Of a DNA stretch of 39,983 nt, positions 27,198 through 36,598 are shown piece by piece. The notes under the pieces were generated by a model. It was not told where the DNA came from and did not search any database. It was given only the letters and a program-made list of their open reading frames with translations. The position numbers were made by a program, and so were the translations under genes. The stretch comes from Saprospiraceae bacterium (lineage in GTDB: Bacteria > Bacteroidota > Bacteroidia > Chitinophagales > Saprospiraceae): assembly GCA_029262975.1 (NCBI GenBank), contig JAJCYJ010000440.1, positions 1-39,983 on the forward strand, given 5' to 3'. Each line of letters begins with the position of its first letter. Positions within the stretch are counted from its first letter, which is position 1.

Positions 27198-28583
27198 ATG
27201 AATGATAAAACAACACCAAAGTACTTAAGTGTCTTAATCATTATCTGCTTCATTTTTATTAATCACACTGCAAATAGTCAAAATAATAATTCTGAAATAT
27301 CTGATTGGAAACAATATGCTTCTGTGGAAGAAGCTGGGTTTTCAGAGATCGGTATTCATCAAGTCAAGAGTTACTATGACAGCCTGGGCTCTGCGTCCTT
27401 ATTAGTTATTTATAAAGGTCATTTTTTATTGGCATATGGAGATAATACCAGGCGATTCATGGTGCATTCGATTAGAAAGAGTTTTATGAGTGGCTTGTAT
27501 GGAATATATATAGACAAAGGAATAATTGAATTGGATGATGACCTTAAATCATTAGGAATTGATGACGCGACGCAATTGACCGATGTTGAAAAATCAGCTA
27601 CCATCCGTGATTTGTTATCTGCGCGTTCAGGTGTGTACTTACCTTCCGCTTACTCAACTAGAAATATGGAAAGAAATTTACCAGTACGAGGGAGTCAAAT
27701 GCCTGGATCCTTTTGGTATTACAACAATTGGGATTTTAATACACTTTGCACAATTTTCGAGAAACAGACCGGCAATAGGTTTTTTGAAGATTTTAAGCGA
27801 TTAATCGCTGATCGGATAGGGATGGAAGATTTTCGTATAGCTGATGGTCACTATAGATATGAAAAGGACAAATCTGAACACCCTGCATATTTGTTTAATA
27901 TGTCGGCGAGGGATATGGCCAGATTTGGTCTCCTCTATCTAAATAAAGGTAGATGGAATGAGGAACAGATAATATCTGCCAATTGGATAGAGGAGTCAAC
28001 ATCTGTAGTGTCCAATGACCTTGGAAATTTTAGTAATCGGCAAGGGTATGGATATTTGTGGTGGGTGACAAATGACTTCATTGGACAGAAAATGTACTAT
28101 GCAAGTGGATCTGGTGGTCATAGGATTATGATTCTTCCGGATAGTGATCTGGTGATTGTACATCGGGTCAATTCATATGAAGGTAAAAATGTCAATGAGC
28201 GGAAAATCGAAATATTGGTGAAGAAAATATTAGATGCCGGCAAAGTAAAAAGAAAGGATGTACCTTCCCTTATTCCTTACCTTCCCGCTGATCGGATACC
28301 TGATCACGTAGCACTTAATAATGAGATTTTTAATAAATATACCGGATCATATAAACATCCTTTTTTAGGTCAATTTGTAATTAAAAACGCAAGCTCCGGG
28401 CCAGAATTAGCTACTTCTATTGGATCTTTTAAATTGTTTGCTATAGACGATAATCACTTGTTTCCGGAAGATTTGGAAACCACAATGGAGTTTATGCCTG
28501 CTGAAGGTGATCATCATCAATTTACAATTGAACCTGTATACGACAGCAATAGAAATCTAGTAAAAGGTGTATTTTATTATTAA
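27198..28583 (+). CDS. Beta-lactamase-family serine hydrolase (class C/PBP-like)
   Basis: Signal peptide. S-x-x-K motif in HSIRKSFMSG, a YxN-like motif (YYNNWD), and a GYGYLWW...GSGGH region typical of the family. Confidence 0.85.
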   Translation: MNDKTTPKYLSVLIIICFIFINHTANSQNNNSEISDWKQYASVEEAGFSEIGIHQVKSYYDSLGSASLLVIYKGHFLLAYGDNTRRFMVHSIRKSFMSGLYGIYIDKGIIELDDDLKSLGIDDATQLTDVEKSATIRDLLSARSGVYLPSAYSTRNMERNLPVRGSQMPGSFWYYNNWDFNTLCTIFEKQTGNRFFEDFKRLIADRIGMEDFRIADGHYRYEKDKSEHPAYLFNMSARDMARFGLLYLNKGRWNEEQIISANWIEESTSVVSNDLGNFSNRQGYGYLWWVTNDFIGQKMYYASGSGGHRIMILPDSDLVIVHRVNSYEGKNVNERKIEILVKKILDAGKVKRKDVPSLIPYLPADRIPDHVALNNEIFNKYTGSYKHPFLGQFVIKNASSGPELATSIGSFKLFAIDDNHLFPEDLETTMEFMPAEGDHHQFTIEPVYDSNRNLVKGVFYY

Positions 28584-28818
28584 TTCTTGGAAGTATGAAT
28601 TGTATCGACAGAGTTAATTAAACTCTAATTCGTTTGGATAAGGACAATAGTACAATTATTAAAAATCTTGTTTCACTTTTGACGCTAACTAAATGATATC
28701 ACTCGATGATACCTCCAAGGTCATGGAATAAGTATTTTGGACGCTCATAATTCCCTAAACAATGGCGACTATAATTATTGTGGGAAAAATTAGTTCTATA
28801 GTTGTATTAGAGTTAGTT

Positions 28819-29790
28819 ATGATCCAAATTTGGTTAGATGATATTTTGAGTAATTCACCGTACACTCTTTTCTTTTTCATAAGTCTCTTCATTCTTATAT
28901 TTTCATGTAAGTCTGATCATAATGTATCTCAGGAAGGTGCTGTAGTTTCTGATGACTTTGTGCCAGAATTAGATAGGGACGCTCCGAACAATGATACGCT
29001 CTTGACTGATATGAATTCCGGACTTCCTAAGAAGCGACTTTTAGAAAATAGAAGCGCAGCAGACCCAATAGTAAACTTTTTTGGGGCTGAGCCAATTTCA
29101 GATCGAGCATCTATCCTCAAATTCTATATATCAGGATTTGATGTAGATTGGGCAGGAATTGTACCCAACAAGCATCGTCCGCGCACTTTAGATAACCCTC
29201 ATGGATTAATACCCGACAGTCTCCAATATGGTGATTTCGGGTGGCAGTATATTGAAACAATGCATGCTAACACTTTGACTAATTCGGAAGGATATGACTA
29301 TTATGCTATATCAGGACAGTCAATAGTCCCTTTAAGTATTGATTCTATCCAATCAGTTGCTCTATATTATGAAAATGGGCCCTCTCCGAAACCATCTTTT
29401 TCGGGTCATTGGATCGGTTATCCTGAGGTGCAGCTATCATCCATTTCCTTTGTGATTCAAACAAATATTGAGCATCTGATTGATAAGATTTCTTTTTATA
29501 AATTGGCGCAAGACAATTTCGAATATTCAGATTTTAATGGAAGTTTCCCTAACAACAAAGAAATAATTTTTAAATGGGGAGACCTGGAATACAGGGGTAA
29601 AATTATTCAGCCTGAAATCGACTTGGTGAATACATCATTCATATATATAAAGGGAGTTGGTAATTTTCTCCACATCTCTATGGAGTGGGGTGGTATAGAC
29701 CAAATATGCGAGCACTTTTTCGAGCTATTTTCGATGGAAGAATTAGAGATGATTGAGGTAGCATCCAAAAGTTATGGATGCGATCATTAA
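28819..29790 (+). CDS. Hypothetical lipoprotein
   Basis: ATG at 28819 gives MIQIWLDDILSNSPYTLFFFISLFILIFSC (lipobox). No recognisable domain. The track ORF begins at 28762. Confidence 0.6.
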   Translation: MIQIWLDDILSNSPYTLFFFISLFILIFSCKSDHNVSQEGAVVSDDFVPELDRDAPNNDTLLTDMNSGLPKKRLLENRSAADPIVNFFGAEPISDRASILKFYISGFDVDWAGIVPNKHRPRTLDNPHGLIPDSLQYGDFGWQYIETMHANTLTNSEGYDYYAISGQSIVPLSIDSIQSVALYYENGPSPKPSFSGHWIGYPEVQLSSISFVIQTNIEHLIDKISFYKLAQDNFEYSDFNGSFPNNKEIIFKWGDLEYRGKIIQPEIDLVNTSFIYIKGVGNFLHISMEWGGIDQICEHFFELFSMEELEMIEVASKSYGCDH

Positions 29791-29989
29791 CTTAGAAGGA
29801 CAGATAAAGATAAAAGACCTGGTAAATGTAAATTAGAATTATTCATTTGTTCGTATATTACGAATAGTCAAAATTGTAAGAGCTATCACTACTTTATAAC
29901 ATGTTACATGTTGCGTCAATACCTTTCCTCGGTGTTTCAATGAACCTGGAGATTATAAATTAAACTGTAAAAGGTCCAAATTATGTAAT

Positions 29990-32635
29990 TCAATCCACAA
30001 CAGTAATTAATCCAAATCCTTCCACCTCTGAGCCTATTACTGATTGAAATGGTATGTCTATGGTATTTTGAATGAATATCTCACCCATCATATTAATTCT
30101 TAAAATACTATTATTTAGAAGGCCAAAATTATTTACTCCTGAAATATTGATTTTTCCAAAATTTATAATACTCGGGAAGTTAAACATAGTTGGCGGATCG
30201 ATATATATCCCGGAATTATTTGGTAGTATTCCATTTTGCTCAATAAGAATAACACCGGAGACCACATTTTCTAAACTGTCCATATTATACATGCCATCCA
30301 CAAATGAGTTTTGGATATTGATTGTATCACTGTTTATAAAAGGGGCATCGTTGTACAGTCCTGCTCGCGATGTTGAATCTATGTGGATGTATCCATTATT
30401 AGTTATTATATCGCCACTATGGAGTATGCCATCCTGGGACAAATCAGTTATGTTTATTCTGTTTGAATTAATAACTTCTCCATAATTTTCAAGGCCGATT
30501 ATAGAATGTTCTCCCGTCATTACTCCTTCGTTCATTAAATAGCCGGAATTGTAAAGTGCTGATGAAGCATATGAAGAAGTTATTGTACTCCCAGGAAAAT
30601 TGTGAAGTGTGTCCGAATTCTCAAATCCCTCTTCTGTGCTATTATCTATTACGATATCACCAAGATTAATAAACATCTTTCCGGTATAAATACCTACATC
30701 ACTACTATCGATATTTATAGCTCCATGATTTTCAAAGTATTCGAGTTGTTCGATCCCAAAATCGTCTGCTCCGCTCAAGTTTATTATTCCGGAAATATTA
30801 TTATAAAATGATCCACTATTGAGAATACCGTCGTCAAGAAAGATGCTACCTGTAATGCTGTTGTTGTTTTCAAATGTTCCTAGGTTATAAATACCATGAT
30901 TGCCGACGTCGTAGAACTCAATAGTTCCATTGTTTTGAAAATATCCAAGGGATGATACCTTGAGAGCAGTATTAGAAATATTTGTGAATTGAATGATGCC
31001 AGTGCTTTCATTTATAACAGTATCCAAATTATCGAAACCCAATCTGTCTGACTCATTAATAGTAATAAGGCCGCGATTAATCAGCATATTACTATTGCGA
31101 CAACTAGTTCTGTTTGAAGTCGTATCAATTGTGATAATTCCTGTGGTCATGTTTTCTATCAAACCTGAATTGACAAGGGCTGTATCTTGCGTTAAGGCAA
31201 GATTAATGGTTCCGTTATTGATCAGAGTGCCAAGATCATTGTAGAAGGCATATCCATCCGTATTATGTGCGTAGAATAACCCATCATTTGTGATATTCCC
31301 ACCATCGTTTAATACGCCAATGGCACTAGAACCGGAATCATCCGTTACATCTTTGAGCATAATAGTCCCATCGATCTCATTATGTATTGATCCAAAATTC
31401 TGAATGCCGACATCTCTAACATTTGTAATCATGACCGTATCTTGATTGAAGAATTCACCCTGGATTTGAAGACCAAAATTCGAAAGATCATGTAAATGAA
31501 TAAATCCTTGGTTCATAAAATAACCGCCCGATATATTCGACAGGCCGACTGAAAATGATCCTTCCGTTTGACTGATGTCAATTGTGCCATTGCTGAGATT
31601 AGTAAAAGTATCTTTTGTGATGATGCCGGTACCAGCATTACTTCCGATCTCATCGATTACGATTGCATTATCATTTATAATTGTATTGTCATTTAAGATG
31701 CCAAACTTTTTAATTTTAGAAATTGTGAGTGCGCCATAATTTTCTAATTGCCCGGTATTGTGAAGACCACCATCCAATGATACAGAGTCTATATGAAACA
31801 CTCCGTTAACATTATTGATCAATGTATCCTGGTTGGACACGGCCATAAGCGTATTCGTGTTAATTTTGAAATATCCGTTATTATGGATCGCCCCGAAATT
31901 GACAATGGCTGTATCGACGACAAGAGAGCGAATAGTAGAATCATTATTGGTAAAAGTTCCGTGATTCACGATTCCCTTGCCGTTATAATTTGATATTTGA
32001 ATGGATCCATTATTTATTATATCAGAGACTGGATTTATATTGTTTATACCGGTGGAATTGATAAATGCCGCATTTTTACGCTCGATCGTCAGAATTGAAC
32101 TGTCCATAAAATTTAATTGAGCAAGATTAATAATTGCGTCTGACGATGTTCTGGCTATAGTAATTGTTCCATTAGAGTTAATAATAGATTGATTATTTAT
32201 GCCGTTTCCCCCGTTCGTTGAGTCAATGACTATTTTGGCTCTTGAGAGTACATCTATAGTTCCATAATTCCAGATTGCTGTATTTCCTGAATTTTTAATT
32301 GTAATCCTGCCACCATTCGTTATTTGACCTTGATTTGACAAAGAGGAAAAAGCAGCATTGTTTATAATAAGCTTGCCCGGAATATTTAAAGCGATGTCTC
32401 TTTGAATATCTACATTTCCCGAGGGTCCAATAAAGACATATTTCGCACGCGCCGCAGAATCCGGTTTTATAATCAGTTCGACATGAATGGTCACGGTATC
32501 ATTCATGGTCGGCACACCCATTGGTGACCAGGCAGCAGCATTGTGCCATTGTTCGCCAGGAAGAACAAAATTCTTGACTTGTGCCTGAACACTGTGTACA
32601 AATAAAAGTGAGAACAGAAGGGTAGCGAACTTCAT
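29990..32635 (-). CDS. Large secreted Asn/Gly/Ile-rich repeat protein, predicted parallel beta-helix (adhesin-like)
   Basis: ATG at 32635 gives the signal peptide MKFATLLFSLLFVHSVQAQ. About 30 degenerate 22-25-aa units of the form G-[IL]-x-N-x-G-x-[FIL]-x-N-x-G-x-I-x-[IL] follow. Examples are GIVNHGTFTNNDSTIRS, GLHNTGQLENYGALTIS and GIQNFGSIHNEIDGTIML. Confidence 0.8.
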   Translation of the reverse strand: MKFATLLFSLLFVHSVQAQVKNFVLPGEQWHNAAAWSPMGVPTMNDTVTIHVELIIKPDSAARAKYVFIGPSGNVDIQRDIALNIPGKLIINNAAFSSLSNQGQITNGGRITIKNSGNTAIWNYGTIDVLSRAKIVIDSTNGGNGINNQSIINSNGTITIARTSSDAIINLAQLNFMDSSILTIERKNAAFINSTGINNINPVSDIINNGSIQISNYNGKGIVNHGTFTNNDSTIRSLVVDTAIVNFGAIHNNGYFKINTNTLMAVSNQDTLINNVNGVFHIDSVSLDGGLHNTGQLENYGALTISKIKKFGILNDNTIINDNAIVIDEIGSNAGTGIITKDTFTNLSNGTIDISQTEGSFSVGLSNISGGYFMNQGFIHLHDLSNFGLQIQGEFFNQDTVMITNVRDVGIQNFGSIHNEIDGTIMLKDVTDDSGSSAIGVLNDGGNITNDGLFYAHNTDGYAFYNDLGTLINNGTINLALTQDTALVNSGLIENMTTGIITIDTTSNRTSCRNSNMLINRGLITINESDRLGFDNLDTVINESTGIIQFTNISNTALKVSSLGYFQNNGTIEFYDVGNHGIYNLGTFENNNSITGSIFLDDGILNSGSFYNNISGIINLSGADDFGIEQLEYFENHGAINIDSSDVGIYTGKMFINLGDIVIDNSTEEGFENSDTLHNFPGSTITSSYASSALYNSGYLMNEGVMTGEHSIIGLENYGEVINSNRINITDLSQDGILHSGDIITNNGYIHIDSTSRAGLYNDAPFINSDTINIQNSFVDGMYNMDSLENVVSGVILIEQNGILPNNSGIYIDPPTMFNFPSIINFGKINISGVNNFGLLNNSILRINMMGEIFIQNTIDIPFQSVIGSEVEGFGLITVVD

Positions 32636-32840
32636 GATGAGGTCATTTTGTCCAAAGGTGATCTTTAAAAAGAAGGGATTACCCACACATGTGTGTGGGA
32701 TTAGTGGAATAGTGCTACATCCTCAATGAGCTTCTATGGGGCGAGAAGAGAAGGATTAATAAGATTTTAATAGATATTAGAAACGGGGGTTAAGAGATTT
32801 TGGGGATAGATATTTCTACTTTCGTAAAATATTCAATAGT

Positions 32841-33551
32841 ATGTCATTTGTTAATTGTGCTAATCATGAATCTCTGAGCCTGAAAGTGGCTGAGATTATT
32901 ATGAGTCGCATGCAGCACGCCGATCCTTTTAGAATAGGCCTTGCTACTGGATTTAGCCCGTCTTTAACATATAAGTTCATAGCAGAAGCCCTGAATAATC
33001 GGCCGGAGTTAAGAAGTCGAATTCAAGGTTATCAAATTGATGAATGGATGGGATTAGCTCCAGACAATACATCCTCCTGCCAATATGCTGTCAGAAAGGA
33101 AGTATGTATACCGTGGCAATTGCACCCAGATCAATGTGTCCTTATCGATGGAAATGCCCAGCATATGAAAGATCATATTAAGGACTTAGCAAAGAAATTC
33201 AGTGCACATCCATTGGACTTGTGCGTCCTCGGTATAGGTCAAAATGGACACCTCGCTTTGAATGAACCAGGTACAAGTATTGATGCTACTTTTGGCCTGA
33301 GAATATTAGAGTCCCATAGCCAGGGACATGAAATGCTGAAAGCTACCACACAATCTGTAACTGAAGGCATTACCATCGGGCTTCATGAAATCCTGGCTTC
33401 CAAAGAAATCTTATTATTGATCACGGGTCAGAACAAAAGGGAAGCTTATCATCAAATGCGCAATCGTATAGCGATAGATCAATTACCGGCAAGTGCTATT
33501 TATATGCATGACAATTGGCAATGTTTGGTGAATGGGGAAGCAGTGCTGTAG
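32841..33551 (+). CDS. nagB: Glucosamine-6-phosphate deaminase
   Basis: Canonical motifs: IGLATGFSP, YQIDEWMGL, LCVLGIGQNGHLALNEPG. 236 aa. Confidence 0.85.
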   Translation: MSFVNCANHESLSLKVAEIIMSRMQHADPFRIGLATGFSPSLTYKFIAEALNNRPELRSRIQGYQIDEWMGLAPDNTSSCQYAVRKEVCIPWQLHPDQCVLIDGNAQHMKDHIKDLAKKFSAHPLDLCVLGIGQNGHLALNEPGTSIDATFGLRILESHSQGHEMLKATTQSVTEGITIGLHEILASKEILLLITGQNKREAYHQMRNRIAIDQLPASAIYMHDNWQCLVNGEAVL

Positions 33552-33820
33552 AAATTTCTATTTCGGTTGGATGCAAGAAATAGCACTGTTTGATTAGTTG
33601 AACGAATATTAAAAGAAAAAAGTCATTTGAGATATGCAAAAACAATCAAAATCGGCTTTATCGCTGTTAACTACTGAGCTATAGAGAAGAGAAGAATATA
33701 TTTCTTAGATACTAATGACTGGTTGAGCTCACAGACCTCTTTACATTCTGCGACCTAATCAAGATATGAACCTCAATAAGTCAATAAGAAAAAAGAGTGT
33801 ACTAGCATTCGCTTTATTCC

Positions 33821-33868
33821 AAAAAAAATACCTCTCTTAGTTGTACAACTTAAGAGAGGTATTTTTTT
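33821..33868. terminator. Bidirectional rho-independent terminator
   Basis: ATACCTCTCTTA (33828-33839) pairs with TAAGAGAGGTAT (33851-33862). Flanked by A8 (33821-33828) and T6 (33863-33868). Lies 19 nt past the stop of the minus-strand gene at 33887. Confidence 0.75.
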
Positions 33869-33886
33869 GAGTTACAATTCAACTCG

Positions 33887-34798
33887 TTATACTGCAAAGA
33901 TTCTCTTCCTTTGAGTGAGCACTACTGTTCCGAGGATCATCATGAGTAATCCAAGACAAATAACACCCCATTCACCCAATGTTGGGACAATTGCTGCTGC
34001 TGCTCCTAAACAGACAAAGGCAGCACCACCTGAAAAAGTATCAGTTACACCGAAAACACCAGGAATACTAGTATAGGTACATGCAGCAATGTTCAGAACG
34101 TATACAGGATCTCCGGCATCATCAGTGACAAGGAATGCTTGTCCCTGATCATCGGCAGCAATGCCATCAATATCAGTTTCTGCTGCAGGATAGGCACAAA
34201 CCACAGCAAATGTGTTAGTTCCTATATTATAGGACTCTACCATACCGGTAGCGTCATTAGTCATATATAAGAGCCCTGTAATCGGATCAGCGGCCAAACC
34301 TCCAACTGCACCTTCCCCAAGCGCAACGACAAAAGTTGCTTCCAGCGTTCCAAGGTCAATAGAATAAATACCAGCCGGGCGTGCTGATTCTGAAAATTGA
34401 TGTACCCCATAAAGAGTACCGCCTGAAATGGCTAAACCATCTATGCGAATTTCTGCCCCGGTACTGGAAATAATACCAAGAAGCGCTGTCGGCGCACTCC
34501 CGTCAACAGGAAAAACCCAAAGATTTGACCCTGCTACGGTCCCGCTTCCATCGGCGGAAGTATAATAAATTAGTCCATTAACATTGTCTGAGCACATGCC
34601 CCAAACGTCCGCATTAAAAAGACTTGAATTCGTACCGGATACAGGATCAATGTTGAAGACATCATTGCTTCCACCAGGGATAAAATTCCCAGTTCCTACA
34701 AAGAGCGAATTAGGTCCACCTGCCCAGGCAAAAGTGGCGCATAACATTAGGAAAATAAACGTAACATTTCTGGATATCATGAGTATAGGTTTTAACAA
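33887..34798 (-). CDS. IPTL-CTERM sorting-domain protein with beta-propeller-like repeats
   Basis: Signal peptide. Repeated ...G.LY(YTS/GV/MTN)... blades. The C-terminus VPTLGEWGVICLGLLMMILGTVVLTQRKR matches the IPTL-CTERM tripartite signal (motif, TM, basic cluster). Confidence 0.8.
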   Translation of the reverse strand: MLKPILMISRNVTFIFLMLCATFAWAGGPNSLFVGTGNFIPGGSNDVFNIDPVSGTNSSLFNADVWGMCSDNVNGLIYYTSADGSGTVAGSNLWVFPVDGSAPTALLGIISSTGAEIRIDGLAISGGTLYGVHQFSESARPAGIYSIDLGTLEATFVVALGEGAVGGLAADPITGLLYMTNDATGMVESYNIGTNTFAVVCAYPAAETDIDGIAADDQGQAFLVTDDAGDPVYVLNIAACTYTSIPGVFGVTDTFSGGAAFVCLGAAAAIVPTLGEWGVICLGLLMMILGTVVLTQRKRIFAV

Positions 34799-35086
34799 TT
34801 TTTATTCAGTATGCAAAATACACAATAATTTTACTTTCGTGCATATCCATCTCCTTCAATTTTAAAATGAAGAGTCGAAGGACATATCGAAAAATATCAT
34901 CAGATCTAAAGCTGATAATAACTTTTAAGGCCAAATTTAACAGCTAAAAGAAACTATTACATATTTCTCCAATTATTGTTATCTTATTTAAAGAAAAATC
35001 ATTCCCAATAATTCAGTTCGGCGAGCAGTCGTATATTCTAAGACCCGCGCCGTATAACAGGCCTTGTACAGCAGAAAACTAAGACA

Positions 35087-35473
35087 CTATGCGGATATTT
35101 TTCCAGATAAAGATGAAACTTGTAATTCCAAACGTTTTATCTCTCTTATCATAGCATTTTTATCCATTTGCATCCATGAAAAAGTCTTCATTAAGGATAC
35201 TCCGATGAAGCAAAAAACCGCCGAAAATCCCGATTTGATCAGCTCATTGGTATTGTCTGTTCCGAAAAATGAGATGATACAATATAGCCACAGTGCTGTC
35301 ATGGCAATTGTTGCGGCATTTATTAAAACAATGAGCCATGCATTTTTCCCTTTAAATAAGCCTCCGAACATTTCGAAAACATTCTGCTCGTCTAATTCAT
35401 CATAAAACTGGGCTTCTTCCTGGGTTAAGGTCTCTTTAATTAATTTGTCAATGTCTTCCATTTTAGTTTTCAT
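35087..35473 (-). CDS. Two-TM membrane protein co-transcribed with an ECF sigma (putative anti-sigma/partner)
   Basis: Overlaps the sigma stop by 11 nt. Acidic N-terminus, two TM helices (AWLIVLINAATIAMTALWLYCIISFF; SAVFCFIGVSLM) and a C-terminal coiled segment. Confidence 0.7.
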   Translation of the reverse strand: MKTKMEDIDKLIKETLTQEEAQFYDELDEQNVFEMFGGLFKGKNAWLIVLINAATIAMTALWLYCIISFFGTDNTNELIKSGFSAVFCFIGVSLMKTFSWMQMDKNAMIREIKRLELQVSSLSGKISA

Positions 35474-36017
35474 AATTTCTATTTATTAAGATTTGCTTTA
35501 ATTTTTCTCTTGCATAAAATAACCTGCTCTTTGCTGTTCCGATTGATATTTGTTGCATGACACTTATTTCCTTCAAGGAATATTCTTCAACATAGAACAG
35601 TCTAATTGTGGCTTGTTGATTGAGAGATAATGATTTGATGGCTATCAGGAGTTCATGTTTCAATGAATCATTTCCTTCGAAATATTCAGCTTCCGATATA
35701 TAATCCCTAACATACTGCTCCCTTTTACTCCTGTTTTTTTTATTGTGGCTGATTGTGTCCAGGGACTTGGTAAACACTATACGCATTGACCAGGAACCAA
35801 AGTTTTTAGGGTCCTCCAAATCATCAATCTTAGTCATTATTGTTCGCCAGCTATCTTGGGCAACATCCTTTGCTAGGTCCGCATCTTTTACAATCCAATA
35901 TGCTTTATTGCAAAACACCTTATGCCATCGTTTTACCAATTCTACCAACGCCTCTTTGTTTCCACCCTGGTATTGAAGTATCAATGTGGCATCGCTGGAA
36001 TTGGACTTTTCGTGCAT
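35463..36017 (-). CDS. ECF RNA polymerase sigma-70 factor
   Basis: Region 2 (DLAKDVAQDSWRTIM...FGSWSMRIVFTKSLDTI) and region 4 (YSLKEISVMQQISIGTAKSRLFYAR). Confidence 0.9.
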   Translation of the reverse strand: MHEKSNSSDATLILQYQGGNKEALVELVKRWHKVFCNKAYWIVKDADLAKDVAQDSWRTIMTKIDDLEDPKNFGSWSMRIVFTKSLDTISHNKKNRSKREQYVRDYISEAEYFEGNDSLKHELLIAIKSLSLNQQATIRLFYVEEYSLKEISVMQQISIGTAKSRLFYAREKLKQILINRNYEN

Positions 36018-36235
36018 CTAAATTGTTTGATAGTAATGGGATTGATTCTACATGATAGACTGCAAGACAGTTAAAAGGTTCATTTTATTTCAAAATTATT
36101 TCGATCACATAATGGTCTTCAGCATGTCAAGTCTTTCATGCGTTTAAAAACAAGAGAGAAAGTCATTATGAATGAGATGAATTGGCGTCCTGTTCAACAA
36201 GATCAACTTAAATCGAATTCATTTAAGTAACGCTA

Positions 36236-36284
36236 CCTTTTGATATAACTTTAGCATTGAACCGACTAAAGTTGTATCAAAAGG
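36236..36284. repeat. 19-bp-stem inverted repeat (one mismatch), function unknown
   Basis: CCTTTTGATATAACTTTAG (36236-36254) pairs with CTAAAGTTGTATCAAAAGG (36266-36284) across an 11-nt loop. No adjacent U-tract on either strand. Confidence 0.6.
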
Positions 36285-36598
36285 AATCGGTGTTATTTGG
36301 CCATAAGATAGAAGATCGATCTAAAAGACTATTCTTTTGCAGCAAATGAATATCCTCCTATAGGATTTTATACACAATCTATTCTGCTCATTAGTACTTA
36401 TTCAATCTCAAATACTTGGAACATTAATCAAAATAACGGTAACCTACCTTTACACCTTGCTTTTTAACTATTCGAAGACAAGAGACAACAGGAGTCCTAA
36501 TTTATAGAATATTGTGCATGGTATAATTATGCCTATTTCAATTTACCAGGATATATGCCAGCCATTCCTAAGACATTGGTGTAAATATCGTAAGAGGC

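Noticed and set aside
30072-31993. Several plus-strand ORFs (30072-30485, 30602-30811, 30993-31244, 31793-31993) inside the beta-helix gene.
   Set aside because: They are mirror-frame artefacts of an AT-rich repetitive gene. The minus-strand frame is open for about 2.7 kb with a signal peptide and a regular repeat structure.
35064-35405. 113-aa plus-strand ORF overlapping the sigma-partner gene.
   Set aside because: The minus-strand ORF (35087-35473) overlaps the ECF sigma stop by 11 nt and has a coherent two-TM architecture. The plus-strand frame has no start context or recognisable features.
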